Below, one piece after another: positions 49,415 to 62,736 of a DNA stretch of 64,000 nt. The notes beneath the pieces were generated by a model. The model saw nothing but the letters and a program-made list of their open reading frames with translations, searched no databases and was not told where the DNA came from. The stretch covers positions 1 to 64,000 of the forward strand of contig CAWJSR010000049.1 in NCBI GenBank assembly GCA_963845515.1, given 5' to 3'. Each line of letters starts with the position of its first letter. Position 1 is the first letter of the stretch. A program made the position numbers and the translations under genes. The stretch comes from an uncultured delta proteobacterium. Its GTDB lineage: Bacteria; Myxococcota; Myxococcia; Myxococcales; Anaeromyxobacteraceae.

Positions 49415-50737
49415 TCAGCTCGCCGGCGGGATGATCCTCGCCAGGAAGCTGCCCTTCTTGACCACCGGGAGGGCGTCCACCTCCGCAAGTGCTGCGCTCA
49501 TCTCGGCAAAGCGCGCCTCGTGGGTCGTGATGACCACCGGGACCCCCTCGCCGGACTCGTCCGCGCGGTCGCGCTGCGTCACGGAGCCGATCGAGATGCC
49601 GTGCTTGCCCAGGATGCCGGTGATGGCGGAGAGGACGCCCGGCTGGTCGAGCGCGGTGACGCGGACGTAGAACTCGCTCGACGCCATGCCGGGGGAGCGG
49701 AGGCTGCTCGCCTCGCCGTTCCGGATCCGGGCGCCGCTCACCGGCATGCGCGAGACCGCACCGGAGAGGATGTCGCGCGCGCAGGAGACGAGGTCCGCCA
49801 CCACGGCGCCGCCGGTCGGCAGCGCTCCGGCTCCGCGCCCGAAGTAGAGCGAGGGCCCGAGGTTGTCGTCCTCCAGGTAGACGGCGTTGAACACGCCGGT
49901 GACCGCCGCGAGCGGGTGGGAGGCGGGGACGAGCGCCGGGTGCACCCAGGCCTCGACCTCGCTGCCGTGCCGGGAGGCCGAGGCGAGGAGCTTGATCCGG
50001 TAGCCGAGGTTGTTCGCGGTGACGAGGTCGAGCGGGGTCACGCCGGTGATCCCGCAGCGGGCGATGTCGTCGGGCGAGACGCTGAGGTCGAAGCAGAGGT
50101 TGACCAGGATCGCCAGCTTCTGGGCCGCGTCGATCCCCTCGACGTCCAGCTCAGGCTTGGCCTCGGCGAAGCCGAGGGCCTGCGCGTCGGCGAGGATCTC
50201 CCTGAACGGCTTCTGCTCGAGCGCCATGCGCGTGAGGATGTAGTTGCACGTGCCGTTGATGATCCCGGTGGCGCGCTGGATCCGGTTGGCCACCAGCCCC
50301 TGCCGGATGGCGTGGATCAGCGGGATGCCGCCGGCGACGCTCGCCTCGAAGCCCAGGCTCACCCGCTTCTGCTCGGCCTTGCCGGCGATCTCGTCCCAGT
50401 GCGTGGAGAGGAGCGCCTTGTTGGCGGTGACGACGTGCTTGCCGTTCTCCATCGCGGCCAGGATCAGGCTCCGGGCGGGCTCGATGCCGCCGATCAGCTC
50501 GACGATCACCTGGATCTCGGGGTCGTTGACGACCGCCTTCGCGTCGGTGGTGAAGACCGAAGGGGGAAGTCCGAGCTTCGCGGCACGCTCGGGGCTCAGG
50601 TCGGCGACCTTCGTGATCTCGAAGGGGACGCCCACGCGCCGCTCGATGAGGGCGCCGTTCCTCTGGAGGATCTCCACCGTGCCCGCGCCGATGTTTCCGA
50701 GCCCGAGGATGCCGACCTTGATCGCCTTGTCGCTCAT
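49415..50737 (-). CDS. hom: Homoserine dehydrogenase with ACT domain
   Basis: GLGNIG, VELIGG, VVTANK, FEASVAGGIP, GIINGTCNYIL, GRGAG, DQPGVL. Confidence 0.95.
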   Translation of the reverse strand: MSDKAIKVGILGLGNIGAGTVEILQRNGALIERRVGVPFEITKVADLSPERAAKLGLPPSVFTTDAKAVVNDPEIQVIVELIGGIEPARSLILAAMENGKHVVTANKALLSTHWDEIAGKAEQKRVSLGFEASVAGGIPLIHAIRQGLVANRIQRATGIINGTCNYILTRMALEQKPFREILADAQALGFAEAKPELDVEGIDAAQKLAILVNLCFDLSVSPDDIARCGITGVTPLDLVTANNLGYRIKLLASASRHGSEVEAWVHPALVPASHPLAAVTGVFNAVYLEDDNLGPSLYFGRGAGALPTGGAVVADLVSCARDILSGAVSRMPVSGARIRNGEASSLRSPGMASSEFYVRVTALDQPGVLSAITGILGKHGISIGSVTQRDRADESGEGVPVVITTHEARFAEMSAALAEVDALPVVKKGSFLARIIPPAS

Positions 50738-50922
50738 GGATGTCCCTTCGAAGACTGGGTCCGCCCGTGCGTGGCGGCCGAACGCCTGTTGAACCACGGC
50801 AGGGGCTCCGGCTTCCAGCACTAACGGAGAGCGCTGCGACGCAATGCCACCCGGGGGGCATTGAATGCCCGGGGCGGCCCCACGTCGATCGACTCGGAAG
50901 GCCACTCTCACCGGAGACAGAC

Positions 50923-51201
50923 ATGCTTCGACTCATCGCCGCCGCCCTCGCCAGCTTCGCCATCGCCGCCGCAGCGTCCGCCGCGCCTCCTCCGAAGACC
51001 GTGACCTTCGCCGCGAAGTCCGGCGTGGTCACCTACGAGCACGACGCGCACGCGAAGCGGGCGGGCTCCTGCAAGGTCTGCCACCCCGCCGCGCCCGAGA
51101 AGCTCGCGGGGAAGGACGCCGCGCACAAGCTCTGCCTCGACTGCCACAAGGAGAAGAAGGCCGGCCCGACCAAGTGCGGCGACTGCCACAAGAAGGGCTA
51201 G
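50923..51201 (+). CDS. Periplasmic triheme cytochrome c7 (PpcA-like)
   Basis: Signal peptide; VTYEHDAH, CKVCH, KDAAH, CLDCH, GPTKCGDCHKK match the c7 family layout. Confidence 0.9.
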   Translation: MLRLIAAALASFAIAAAASAAPPPKTVTFAAKSGVVTYEHDAHAKRAGSCKVCHPAAPEKLAGKDAAHKLCLDCHKEKKAGPTKCGDCHKKG

Positions 51202-51257
51202 CAGCTAGCGAAGCGAGCGCGCCGCCGGGGCCCGTCCCTCCCCGGCGGCGCTGCTCG

Positions 51258-52130
51258 TCAGAAGCGCGCCCCGAGGCGCGCCTCGACGCGGGCGTTGGTC
51301 GTGCGGCTCCTGGGCTCCATGATCATGCTCGCGGGATCGACGGCGCTCTCCCCGAGCTCGAAGCGCGCTGCGTCGGCCTCGACCGCGAGGAACCACCTGC
51401 CGCCGAGGTCGATCCGGGAGGCGAGCGCGAGGCGCAGCCCCGGGCGTGCCCCGAGCGAGAGCTCGACCCGCTCCCCGTTCCAGTCCACCGCGAGCCGTGG
51501 CCGGAGCGCGTGGAAGACGCGGGCGTCCAGCTCCAGGTGGATCCCCGGGGCCTCGAGGAAGGCCCACCGGACTCCGGCCTGCAGCTCCCACCACGAGTAC
51601 TCCTCGTAGAGGCCGCTCACCGGGATCGTGGCGCCGCTGCGGGAGGTCACGGTCGTCCCGTGGATGTCCCGCTCCCAGTAGCGGGACGCGCCGCCGCCGT
51701 ACAGGGCGACGCGGTGCCGCTCGTCCAGCCAGCCTCCGGCGCGCGCCTCCGCAGACGCGAAGCCGGTCGCGGTCCTGGTCTCGACCGGCAGCTCGTCGTT
51801 GGCAGGGTTCGACGACTGCGTGCGGCCGTCGTAGGTGACCGAGCCCGAGGCCAGCGAACCCGCCGCGATCGCGAAGAGCCGCCCCGAGGCGAGCTCGGCC
51901 CGCAACGCCACGCCGGGCACCCATCCCCGCTCCCGGTCTATCGTCGCTCCGGTCCGGTAGTACTCCGCGTAGTCGAAGTGAACGACGGTCGGGCCGACCT
52001 CGACCGAGATCGTCGGCTCGTCCGCCCGGGCTGGCGGCGAAGCGAGCGCTGCCAGGGCCGCGGCGAGCCATAGGAAAGCCCCGGCGCCTGTGGGCGCCGG
52101 GGCTCTGGTTCGCGCAGGGAGCGTCGCCAC
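51258..52130 (-). CDS. Outer-membrane beta-barrel protein
   Basis: Signal peptide (PPARA-DE), alternating aromatic strands, C-terminal ...RLGARF. Confidence 0.7.
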   Translation of the reverse strand: MATLPARTRAPAPTGAGAFLWLAAALAALASPPARADEPTISVEVGPTVVHFDYAEYYRTGATIDRERGWVPGVALRAELASGRLFAIAAGSLASGSVTYDGRTQSSNPANDELPVETRTATGFASAEARAGGWLDERHRVALYGGGASRYWERDIHGTTVTSRSGATIPVSGLYEEYSWWELQAGVRWAFLEAPGIHLELDARVFHALRPRLAVDWNGERVELSLGARPGLRLALASRIDLGGRWFLAVEADAARFELGESAVDPASMIMEPRSRTTNARVEARLGARF

Positions 52131-52156
52131 GCCTGGCCGCTCCGCTCCCCGGTCGG

Positions 52157-53283
52157 CTAGGGGAAGCAGCCGCTGGAGTCGGCCTGGTTCAGGCAGCCCC
52201 AGGTCGTGTAGACCGGTCCGACGGTCCCGGCGCCGATGTCGTAGTAGATGGTGACGTTACCGGCGCTGTTCGTGGCGCGCCGGTCGCCAGACGCGGATGA
52301 AGTGCCCGCTGTCGTCCGAGAACTCGATCGTGCCGGAGCTCGGATAGGAGTCGTACTCTCCCTGGATGAAGGGCGCCGAGTTCTGGACGTTGAGGCAGCC
52401 ACCCATCTCGGTGGAGCAGAGCCGAACGGAGACGTCCGAGCTGATAGGCGTCGGGCCAGTCGTAGAGGCCATAGGGGTAGTACGCGCCCGACTCCATGGA
52501 GTAATGGCCGCCCGCGATCCCGGTGAGCTTCGCCGACTCGGTGGCCACCTTGTCGAACCCCGCCTCGAAGGAGATCCCGCTGCCGGACTCGCTCGACGTC
52601 AGCCAGCCGCTCGTGGCGTAGGGGTCGTCGGTCGTGAAGGTCATCGCGACGGTCATGTCGCCGTCGATGCCGGAGTAATAGCCGAGGTCGTCGACGATGA
52701 CGAAGTCGGAGATCAGGACGGTCATGCTGTAGATCACGCCAGGCGCCATCGTGGTCGGATCGCTGAAGAACGACGCTCCACCCGGACTCGCGCCGACGAT
52801 GACGGTCTCCGACCCGGCGATGATTCCATAGCCGGGACCGTCGTTGCAGGCGTTGAAGGTGACCGAGAACCTGTCGCCGGCGGAGACCGTGTAGCCGGAC
52901 GGATCGGCCATGGTGTAGCCGAGGGTGACCGAGCCGCTCACTGCGCACGCCTGCGTCTGCGAGTCAGTGACCCCTGAGACGACCGTGCCGCCGCCGGCGC
53001 GGAGCTTCGAGAGGGCCGCGAGGGCGGCCTTGACGGTCACCCCAGGCGCCGCGCTCCCGACGGCTACGACGCCCGTGTCCACCGAGGACGCCAAGGTCGT
53101 CACGCCGCCGTTGGCGGCGGTGACGAGCGAGCCGATGTTCGCGGTGCTCGTGATCGTGACGGTGGTGGTCGGGCCGGAGTAGCCGACGTCGATGTACGGA
53201 GGAGCGCCGCCGCCCCCGCCGCTGCCACAGCCGACGAGCGCCAGCGCTGCCGCAATGGAGAAGACATGATTGAAGAGCTTCAT
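52157..53283 (-). CDS. Beta-rich surface lipoprotein; two apparent frameshifts (near 52436 and 52280)
   Basis: Lipobox LVGC. Three consecutive frames join into ...DAYQL/DVSVRLCSTEMGGCL...GHFIRV/ATNSAGNVTIYYD...SSGCFP*. Confidence 0.6.
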
Positions 53284-53426
53284 GTGTATGTGCCCCCGTA
53301 TTCGGTGGATGGATCGGTGCGCCCTGACTTCACCGAGCGCAGACGGGATCCGTAGCCGAACGTGAAGGTGGGAGTCCACCCCACCACCCGTGCCATGTGC
53401 CGGAGGGTGTGATGGGGCGCACTCCG

Positions 53427-55502
<2,076 letters not shown>

Positions 55503-56546
55503 TCAGGCGTCCTTCGCCGCCGCCAGGAACGCGTCGTTCTCCGCCGGGGAGCCGACCGAGACCCGGATGCAACCCTCGAGGCCGCGGTAGTGGTCCTGCC
55601 GCCTGACGAGGATCCCCTGCGCGAGCAGGCGGTCGTAGGCCGCCTTCGCGTCCGGCGTCCGGATGAGGATGTAGTTTGCGGCGCTGGGGTAGGGCTTCCA
55701 GCGCGGGTGGCTCGAGAGGGCCGCGAAGACGCGCTCGCGCTCGGCGCGGATCCGCTCCACGAGCGGCGCGACGTAGCCCGGCTTCTCCAGCGCCGTGAGC
55801 AGGATCGCGGCAGTGTGGGCCGGGATCTGGAAGGGGGGCAGGAGCGCGCCCGCCACCGCGGCGACGCGCGGCGAGGCGAGCAGGTACCCGGCGCGGATGC
55901 CGCCCAGGCACCAGGACTTGGAGAAGGTCCTGAGCACGCCGACGCTCGGGTTCGCGCGCGCCAGCGGCCGGTAGTCGACGCCGGCGAAGGCCTGGTAGGC
56001 CTCGTCGACGATCAGGATCCAGCCGGTCTCGCGGGCGCAGTCGGCCAGCCGGTCGAGGTCGCTCCGCTCGAAGAGCTTCCCGGTGGGGCCGTGCGGGTTG
56101 GGGACGAAGAGGACCCCCGGCTTCGACGGCTCCATCTTCGCGAGGAGGTCCTCCACCGGCAGCGCGAAGCCGTCGAGGAGCGCGACGGCCTCCCAGGGGG
56201 TGCCGGCCGCGGCCGCGCCACCCTTGTAGTAGGGGAAGGCTGGGGCCGTATCGAGGACGCGGCTCGCCGCGCTGCAGAGGGCGAGGATCAGCAGGTTGGA
56301 GCCCGCCGAGAGGACGATCCCCTTCTCCGGCCAGTCCTCGTGGCGCGCGAGGGCGGCGCGCACCTCCTCGCCGTGGAGGTCCGGGTACCGGTTCCACGGG
56401 ATCGAGGCGAGCCGCTCGAGCGCCCGCGCCTTCAGCGGCTCGGGGAAGTCCTCGGGGCTCTCGTTCTGGTCGAGCTTGATGCGCGCGTCGACCTTCACGT
56501 ACGGGTAGTCGGCGATCTGGGCGAGGTGGGGCTTGAAGGCGTTCAC
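55503..56546 (-). CDS. hisC: Histidinol-phosphate aminotransferase (class II PLP)
   Basis: KLDQNESP, NRYPD, IVDEAY, RTFSKSWCLGGIRAGY, SAANYIL, IRVSVGSPAEN. Confidence 0.8.
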   Translation of the reverse strand: MNAFKPHLAQIADYPYVKVDARIKLDQNESPEDFPEPLKARALERLASIPWNRYPDLHGEEVRAALARHEDWPEKGIVLSAGSNLLILALCSAASRVLDTAPAFPYYKGGAAAAGTPWEAVALLDGFALPVEDLLAKMEPSKPGVLFVPNPHGPTGKLFERSDLDRLADCARETGWILIVDEAYQAFAGVDYRPLARANPSVGVLRTFSKSWCLGGIRAGYLLASPRVAAVAGALLPPFQIPAHTAAILLTALEKPGYVAPLVERIRAERERVFAALSSHPRWKPYPSAANYILIRTPDAKAAYDRLLAQGILVRRQDHYRGLEGCIRVSVGSPAENDAFLAAAKDA

Positions 56547-56601
56547 GGCGGCGGAAATTAGCAGCCTTCCGCGATGATGTCCCCCTTGCCCGTCCGACTG
56601 G

Positions 56602-57132
56602 TCAGCGCCGGCTTGCTTCCTTGGCCCGCAGGAGCCCGCGGACGCCCCACCCTGCGATGCCCGCGCCGATCAGCAGCATCGCGGCGAACGGGAGGAGGGC
56701 CAGGCGCAGGTACTTCGGCGTCGCGAGCGGCGTGAAGAGCCTGAGGGCGGTCGCCCCCTTCGCGTCCAGGCCGTACTGCGCCAGGTCGGCCATCGTCAGC
56801 GTCTCGGGGATGAAGGCGCCGCTCGGCTTCGACGCCGAGGCCGCCCCGCAGTCGACGACGCCGACGAACTGGGCCACGAACGGGTTTCCCAACCCCGCGT
56901 CGGTCGCGAGGAAGAACGTCAGCGCGTCCTTGTAGACGGCGCGCGTGTCGCAGCGGAGCTTCGCGTCGGTGAGCGTGACCCAGCGGCCGGCGACGGCGTC
57001 GCCCACCCTGGCTTCGACCGGGGAGGAGCCCGCGGACAGGAGCGCGGAGGCGAGCTTGGTCGTCGGCGAGAGCCCGGCCGTGAAGCCGATCAGGCCGGTC
57101 AGCGCCATCAGCAGATAGGTGAACTTGCCCAC
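56602..57132 (-). CDS. Hypothetical membrane protein (N- and C-terminal TM helices)
   Basis: GTG start after GAGGGG. Coding-type 3' part of ORF 56602..58788. Confidence 0.55.
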   Translation of the reverse strand: MGKFTYLLMALTGLIGFTAGLSPTTKLASALLSAGSSPVEARVGDAVAGRWVTLTDAKLRCDTRAVYKDALTFFLATDAGLGNPFVAQFVGVVDCGAASASKPSGAFIPETLTMADLAQYGLDAKGATALRLFTPLATPKYLRLALLPFAAMLLIGAGIAGWGVRGLLRAKEASRR

Positions 57133-57167
57133 GCTCGCCCCCTCGCCGGCGCCGCCGGCCGCCGCGT

Positions 57168-58736
57168 TCAACGCCAGCTGCGCACGAACTCGACGAGCGT
57201 CCTGACGCCGAACCCGGTGCCGCCCTTCGCCACGTAACCGTACTCCTTCGGCGAGTGGGACGGACCGGCGATGTCGAGGTGGGCCCACGGCGTCTCGCCG
57301 GCGAAGGCGTGCAGGAAGTGGCCCGCGGCGATGGCGCCGCCCATCCGGTCCCCGACGTTCTTCAGGTCGGCGCGGTCGCTCTTGAGGTTCTCCTTGATCG
57401 ATTCGGTGAGCGGAAGCCGCCAGACCTCCTCGCCAGCCTCCCGGGCCGCCGCGGCGATCCCGTCGACCACCGGCCCGTCGGGGCCGATGAGGCCGGCGGT
57501 GGTCAGCCCCAGCGCCACCATGCACGCGCCGGTGAGGGTGGCGACGTCGACCATCGCCGCGGGCTTCAGCGTCTTCTCCGCCCAGGCGATCACGTCGCCG
57601 AGCACCAGCCGCCCCTCGGCGTCGGTGTTCATGATCTCGACCGTCTTGCCGTTGAAGGCGCGCAGCACGTCGCTGGGCTTGTAGGCGCGGCCGCCCGGCA
57701 TGTTCTCGCAGGCGCCGAAGACGGCGTGGACCGGGAACGGGGGGGCGAGCTCGGCGATCACCTTCATCGCGGCGACGACCGCTGCCGCGCCGGCCATGTC
57801 GGTGTGCATCGTCGGCATGGAGTCGGCCGGCTTGAGCGACAGGCCGCCCGAGTCGAACGTGAGCGCCTTCCCGACCAGGACGACCGGGGGCCGCTTCGCC
57901 GTGACCCCCTTCGGCGCGTAGCTCAGCTTCACGAGGCGCGGCGGCTCGGCCGAGCCGCGGGTGACGCCCAGGAACATCCCCATCTTGAGGGCCGCGATCT
58001 GCCTGGGCCCCTGCACCTCGCACTTGAGCCCGGCCTCGCGGGCGAGCGCCCGCGCCGCGTCGGCGAGTCGGGACGGCGTGCAGTCGGCCGGCCCGAGGTT
58101 CACGAGGTCGCGCGCCCACGAGATGGCCTCGGCGAGCGAGACGCCCAGCCGGATGGCGGCGGCCACCTCCGGATCCTCCTCGGCGCCGGGCGGCAGGGCC
58201 AGCGCGAGCCCCTCCACCTCGCCGTCGCCGCTGGGCGACTTGTAGGCGTCGAACCGGTAGAGGCCGAGGAGCGCCCCTTCGACGGCCGCGCGCGCGGCGG
58301 GCGCGATCTCGCTCTTCGCGACCGGGACCGCGACGGCGAGCGTCCTGGCCCGGACCTTGGCGGCTGCACGCGCCGCGACGCCAGCCGCGGTGCGGAGCGG
58401 CTCGAACCCGGTGGCGGGCCACCTGACCGCGGCGGCGCCGCGCGAGCCCATCCCGAGGAGGAGGATCCGCTCCGCCTTGCCGCGCCCGAGCGTCGGGAGG
58501 AGGAGCTGCTGCTCCGGCTTCCCCTCGAACTTCTCGCTCGCCACGGCGGCGAAGAGCGCTCCACCGAGGGTCCGGTCGAGCGCCAGGAGGGCGACCTGCC
58601 CGCCGTCGTCCAGATCCTCCTGGAAGACCGGGATGGCGAGGAGCCCGCACTCGATCTCCTGGATCGCGGTCGCCGCCGTGCCGATCCCACCGCCGCGCCT
58701 GGGGCGCGTCCTGCTGCCACCCGCCGTCCTGACCAT
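57168..58736 (-). CDS. pepA: Leucyl aminopeptidase (M17)
   Basis: [57 protein letters not shown]. Confidence 0.93.
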   Translation of the reverse strand: MVRTAGGSRTRPRRGGGIGTAATAIQEIECGLLAIPVFQEDLDDGGQVALLALDRTLGGALFAAVASEKFEGKPEQQLLLPTLGRGKAERILLLGMGSRGAAAVRWPATGFEPLRTAAGVAARAAAKVRARTLAVAVPVAKSEIAPAARAAVEGALLGLYRFDAYKSPSGDGEVEGLALALPPGAEEDPEVAAAIRLGVSLAEAISWARDLVNLGPADCTPSRLADAARALAREAGLKCEVQGPRQIAALKMGMFLGVTRGSAEPPRLVKLSYAPKGVTAKRPPVVLVGKALTFDSGGLSLKPADSMPTMHTDMAGAAAVVAAMKVIAELAPPFPVHAVFGACENMPGGRAYKPSDVLRAFNGKTVEIMNTDAEGRLVLGDVIAWAEKTLKPAAMVDVATLTGACMVALGLTTAGLIGPDGPVVDGIAAAAREAGEEVWRLPLTESIKENLKSDRADLKNVGDRMGGAIAAGHFLHAFAGETPWAHLDIAGPSHSPKEYGYVAKGGTGFGVRTLVEFVRSWR

Positions 58737-58797
58737 GCTCGCCTCCGCCGCCGCGCCGTGATCGCGCCGGTGCGGCGAGCATTAGCACGAGTCGGGC

Positions 58798-60715
58798 TCA
58801 GGGGGCGGGGTCGACCTGCGCCGCCTCGATGCGCCTGGCGGCCTCGGCGGCGTCCGTCGCCCCGCAGGCGGGCGCGCGCTGGGCGCGGCCGAAGATCCCG
58901 CTCTTCGTCTCCTTCTGCGCCTTCGACGCCTCGAGCAGCGCCGGGAGTGCGCCGGGGTCGCCGATCTCGCCGAGCCTCCGGGCAGCGGCGCGCCTGACCT
59001 CGCAGTCGCTCTCCTTGAGCAGCCCTCCGTACGCGGCCATCCGATCGACGCGCTCCTCGGCCCCCATGTCGCGCGCCAGGGTCAGGGCTCGCAGCCGCCG
59101 CGCCGGTGGCCCCTCGGCGGTCGCGTCGAGGACGGCGGGAAGGGCGGCGTCCCCGATCCGGACGAGGAGGTGGCTCGCGCGATCGGCGGTGGCGCGATCC
59201 AGCCCGAGGTCGGACGCCAGGTTGGTGAGGGCCTCTTCGTCGAGCACGCCCGCCGCGTGGGCGGCGGCATACGCCTCGACGCCGGCGCCGGCCTGCCCCG
59301 TAAGCCCGTGCAGGGCGTGACCCAGGAGCAGCCTGAGCTCGGGGTCGTCCGGGTAGCGGCCGAGCTCGTCCCGCAGGATCTCCGCCGCCTCCTGGAGCTT
59401 CCCACTGCGCATGAACCCGCGCGCCTCGCCGGGGACCCGGTCGTGGCGGATCGTCACGGTGAGCCAGACCCCGCCCGCGAGGAGCAGCGCGGCGGGCACG
59501 CCGTAGCGCGCCGCCGGATGGCGCCACAGCCATCGCCAGCCGCTCCCGACCCTTCCGGCCGCGCGCGCGATGGGCTCGGTGGTCAGCGCCAGCACCGAGT
59601 ACCAGCTCTGGCTCGCGTAGGCGCGAAGGCGGGCGAAGTGGAACTGGCGCTCCAGCGTGGGGCTGTGCTCCACCGCCGGGGTGCTGGTGGCCCCCCCCTC
59701 GGAGTCGAGGCCGCTCGGCGGCTGGAGGTCGAAGACCGCGCGCGGGACCGGCGGGATGGTCAGGGGCCGCCCCGGGGTGAGCGTGGGGGCCGGTGGCGGG
59801 GGCGGCACGAAGAGCGGGCCGATGGACGTGGCGAAGTCGGCCTTGAGGGCGGTGGCGTTGAGGTGGCGCTCGGTCAGCTCCTTGGCGCACGCGCGGGAGA
59901 CCGCGGCCACGAGCGCTGGGAACCGTGCCAGCTCCGGCCGCTCGTCGCTGATGGGCGGCAGCGCCTGGAGCGCGTGGGCCATGATGAGCGCGCGCGGCTC
60001 GTTCGGCAGGAACGGGTGGCGCCCGACGAGCGTCCGCCAGGCGATGATCCCGACGGAGTAGAGGTCTGCACGGCCGTCGACCTGCCCGCCCACCGCCTGC
60101 TCCGGGGAGAGGTACTCGGGGGTGCCGACGACCATCCCGGCGGCGGTCGCGCTGGAGCTGGTGGGCTCCAGGAACTTGGCGATCCCGAAGTCGAGGAGCT
60201 TCACCGCCTCGCGGCCATCGGCCAGGCGCGCGAGGAAGACGTTCTCCGGCTTGAGGTCGCGGTGGACGACGCTGAGCGCGTGCGCGGCCTCGAGGGCCGA
60301 GCAGAATCTGCCAGAAGATGGGGACCGCCTCCTCGGGCGGCAAGAGCACCTCGCGGCGGAGCCGCTCGAAGAGGCTCTCCCCCTCCAGCAGCTCCATGAC
60401 GAGGAACAGGTAGCCCTCCGGGCTTCGCCCGAAGTCGGTGACTCGCACGATGTTCTCGTCCTCGAGCCGTGCAGCGATCTCGGCCTCCTGCCGGAACCGC
60501 TCGACGAGATCCTTCGCCGCGGTCAGGTCGGGACGCATCACCTTGACGGCGACGTCCTTTCGCAGCGGGACGTGGCGCGCGCGGAAGACCGCCCCCATCC
60601 CGCCGGTGGCGAGGTGAGCCGTCAGCTCGTAGCGCCCGTCGAGCGTCGTGCCGACGAGCAGTCGCGGCTCCCAGGAACCGTTGTCTATCTGTGGGTTCTC
60701 GGCCACGGAGCGCAT
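58798..60715 (-). CDS. Membrane Ser/Thr protein kinase with C-terminal TPR/HEAT repeats; apparent +1 frameshift near 60300
   Basis: GGMGAVF and VAVK in one frame; [25 protein letters not shown], a TM and [16 protein letters not shown] in the next. Confidence 0.85.
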
Positions 60716-60822
60716 GATAGTACCGCGAGTGGGAGGCGGACCCCACGCTACTGTAGTGCGGCCGATCGGCGCCGTCCCGCGTTGGCGGGACCAGGGCCGG
60801 AATCGCGGTGCCGGGCCGAGCG

Positions 60823-61189
60823 CTACTGCTCGGGCTTCGAGCCGTGCCGGGCGGTGACGACCGTGTGGATGCCGCCGCGCACGTAGAAGTCGCCGACCAC
60901 CTCGAGCCAGCGCGGCTCGACGGCGCGCACGCAGGTCGTCGCAGATCCGGTTGGTGACCGCCTCGTGGAACGCCCCCTCGTCTCGGAAGCTCCAGAGGTA
61001 GAGCTTGAGGCTCTTCAGCTCCACGCACTTCGCGGCCGGGACGTACCGGATCCGGATGGTGGCGAAGTCGGGCTGCCCGGTCTTCGGGCAGAGGCAGGTG
61101 AACTCTGGGCACTCGAACGAGATCTCGAACGGGCGCTCCGGCTTCGGGTTCGGGAACGTCTCGAGGTCGCGGCTGGGCTTCGAAGGCAT
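60823..61189 (-). CDS. queF: preQ0 reductase (unimodular QueF); apparent +1 frameshift near 60932
   Basis: [40 protein letters not shown], then after the indel [18 protein letters not shown]...PEQ*. Confidence 0.9.
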
Positions 61190-61245
61190 GGTCGGCGGAC
61201 GTTTAGCCTCTTTGGGAGCGCCGGCGCAAGCCGCCGGCGGGCGCC

Positions 61246-62637
61246 CTACCGGAGGTAGAGCGAGACCCCGAGCCATGGCAGGGGCGCGATCTTGCGCTCA
61301 CCCGTGTCGTGCTCCGTGTAGCGCGTGAACAGCACCGCAGTGTCGAGCTTCGCGGCGACATGGCCGGTGCGGGCGAGCCCGAAGCGCGTCCGGTAGACCA
61401 GCGTCCGCATCCCCAGCACGAACCAGTCCGAACCCGGCGAGATGAGGTACTCGGACATGAACCGGACGTGGTTCCCGGCCGCCGCCTCGACGCTCAGCCA
61501 TGGGACGGCGATCGTGGGGACGCGGTCGGTGGTCCGGCTCGTGCTGCTCGCGCTGTCTCCGAAGGTGTCGGCTACGTAGAACCCCTTGGATTGCGGGATG
61601 AAGTTGTGGTTGTCGAGGACGTAGAGGCCGGCGCCTACCTGGAGCCAGTCGCGGAAGTGCTTCGCGACGCTCGCCGTGAGGAGGTTGAACTGGAGGTTGA
61701 AGCCGGCGGCGCCGCCCGCGGCGGCCGCGGCGACGCCCTTCCCGAGGAGCGCCACCCCGCCGCCGCCGAGCGCGCCGCCCCAGACGTTGACCATGTCGTA
61801 GGAGGCGGCGACCCCCGGCCACGCGGGTCCCTCCTCGAGCACCTTCACCTTCACGCCCAGGTTGAGGACGCCGATGACCCCGAAGCCGGCGACGCCACCG
61901 GCGGCGACGCCGCCGCCGCCGGCGATCGCGCCCGCGGCCGCCACCGGGACGGGGAGCGCGCCGAGCGTGACGTCGGCCTGCAGCCACTCCCTGATCCCCC
62001 GGCCGAGGTGGAAGACGAGCGCCTCGTCGTTCGAGAGGACCCACTCGCCGGGCGGGATGAGGTTCGGCGTGGAGGTGAGCAGGAGCCGCTCGTCGGCCAC
62101 GCGGCGGGTGAACCACCGCTCCCGCTGCCGCGCGATCTCACGCCCCATCGCCTCCCCGGCCTCCTCGCCCGCGAAGCCTGCCTCGCTGTCGCCGCCGAAG
62201 CCGTCCCAGAAGAGGGCGCCCACCGGCCTGGGGCGCTCGCGCGCCTCGAGCAGCAGCGCGAGCCGGACCCGCGACGCGTTGTAGGCCCTGCTCCCCGACT
62301 GGAGGAGCCCGACGGCGCCCTTGCCGGCGCTCCCGAGCAGGCTCCCGCCGGTGCGCAGCGCTCCGCCGCCGGCGATCTCCTCGTCCGCGGAGAGGACGCG
62401 GGTCCGCAGGACGAGGGCGCTCGGGTCGGACGGGTCGACGGTCGCGACTCCCGACTTCGCCAGCCCCGCGGCGACTCCAGCGTGCGCGACCTGATCGGCG
62501 GTGGAGTCCCCGGCTGGAGGTGCGAGGGCGATCGGCCGTTCCCGCTCCGGACCGAGCGCCCGGACCTGCATGGTGCTGACACCGGAGCAGCCCGCGAGGA
62601 CGAGCGAGGCGCTGGTCGCGACGATGAAGATCCTCAT
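61246..62637 (-). CDS. Lipoprotein with probable C-terminal beta-barrel-like domain
   Basis: Lipobox LAGC, Gly/Ala-rich inserts, amphipathic strands and C-terminal [11 protein letters not shown]. Confidence 0.55.
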   Translation of the reverse strand: MRIFIVATSASLVLAGCSGVSTMQVRALGPERERPIALAPPAGDSTADQVAHAGVAAGLAKSGVATVDPSDPSALVLRTRVLSADEEIAGGGALRTGGSLLGSAGKGAVGLLQSGSRAYNASRVRLALLLEARERPRPVGALFWDGFGGDSEAGFAGEEAGEAMGREIARQRERWFTRRVADERLLLTSTPNLIPPGEWVLSNDEALVFHLGRGIREWLQADVTLGALPVPVAAAGAIAGGGGVAAGGVAGFGVIGVLNLGVKVKVLEEGPAWPGVAASYDMVNVWGGALGGGGVALLGKGVAAAAAGGAAGFNLQFNLLTASVAKHFRDWLQVGAGLYVLDNHNFIPQSKGFYVADTFGDSASSTSRTTDRVPTIAVPWLSVEAAAGNHVRFMSEYLISPGSDWFVLGMRTLVYRTRFGLARTGHVAAKLDTAVLFTRYTEHDTGERKIAPLPWLGVSLYLR

Positions 62638-62736
62638 GACGTACACCCCTCTGGCGGAAGCCGGCGGGTGACCGTAAACGTCCTCTTGAGCTTCGGCAAC
62701 AGGCGCGGTGGCCGGGCGCACGTTAACCAAGACGGC

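Noticed and set aside
50923..53283. Porin-cytochrome conduit
   Set aside because: The barrel and lipoprotein genes are convergent with the c7 gene, and the lipoprotein has no CxxCH motif.
53381..53395. Sigma54 promoter for the lipoprotein gene (TGGCACG on the minus strand)
   Set aside because: The -12 element reads GTGG rather than TTGC, which is insufficient support.
58100..61276. Apparent QueF-Ser/Thr kinase fusion (1058 aa)
   Set aside because: It is produced by the frameshift in queF. The true QueF C-terminus and TAG (60823) are in another frame, and the kinase has its own start at 60715.
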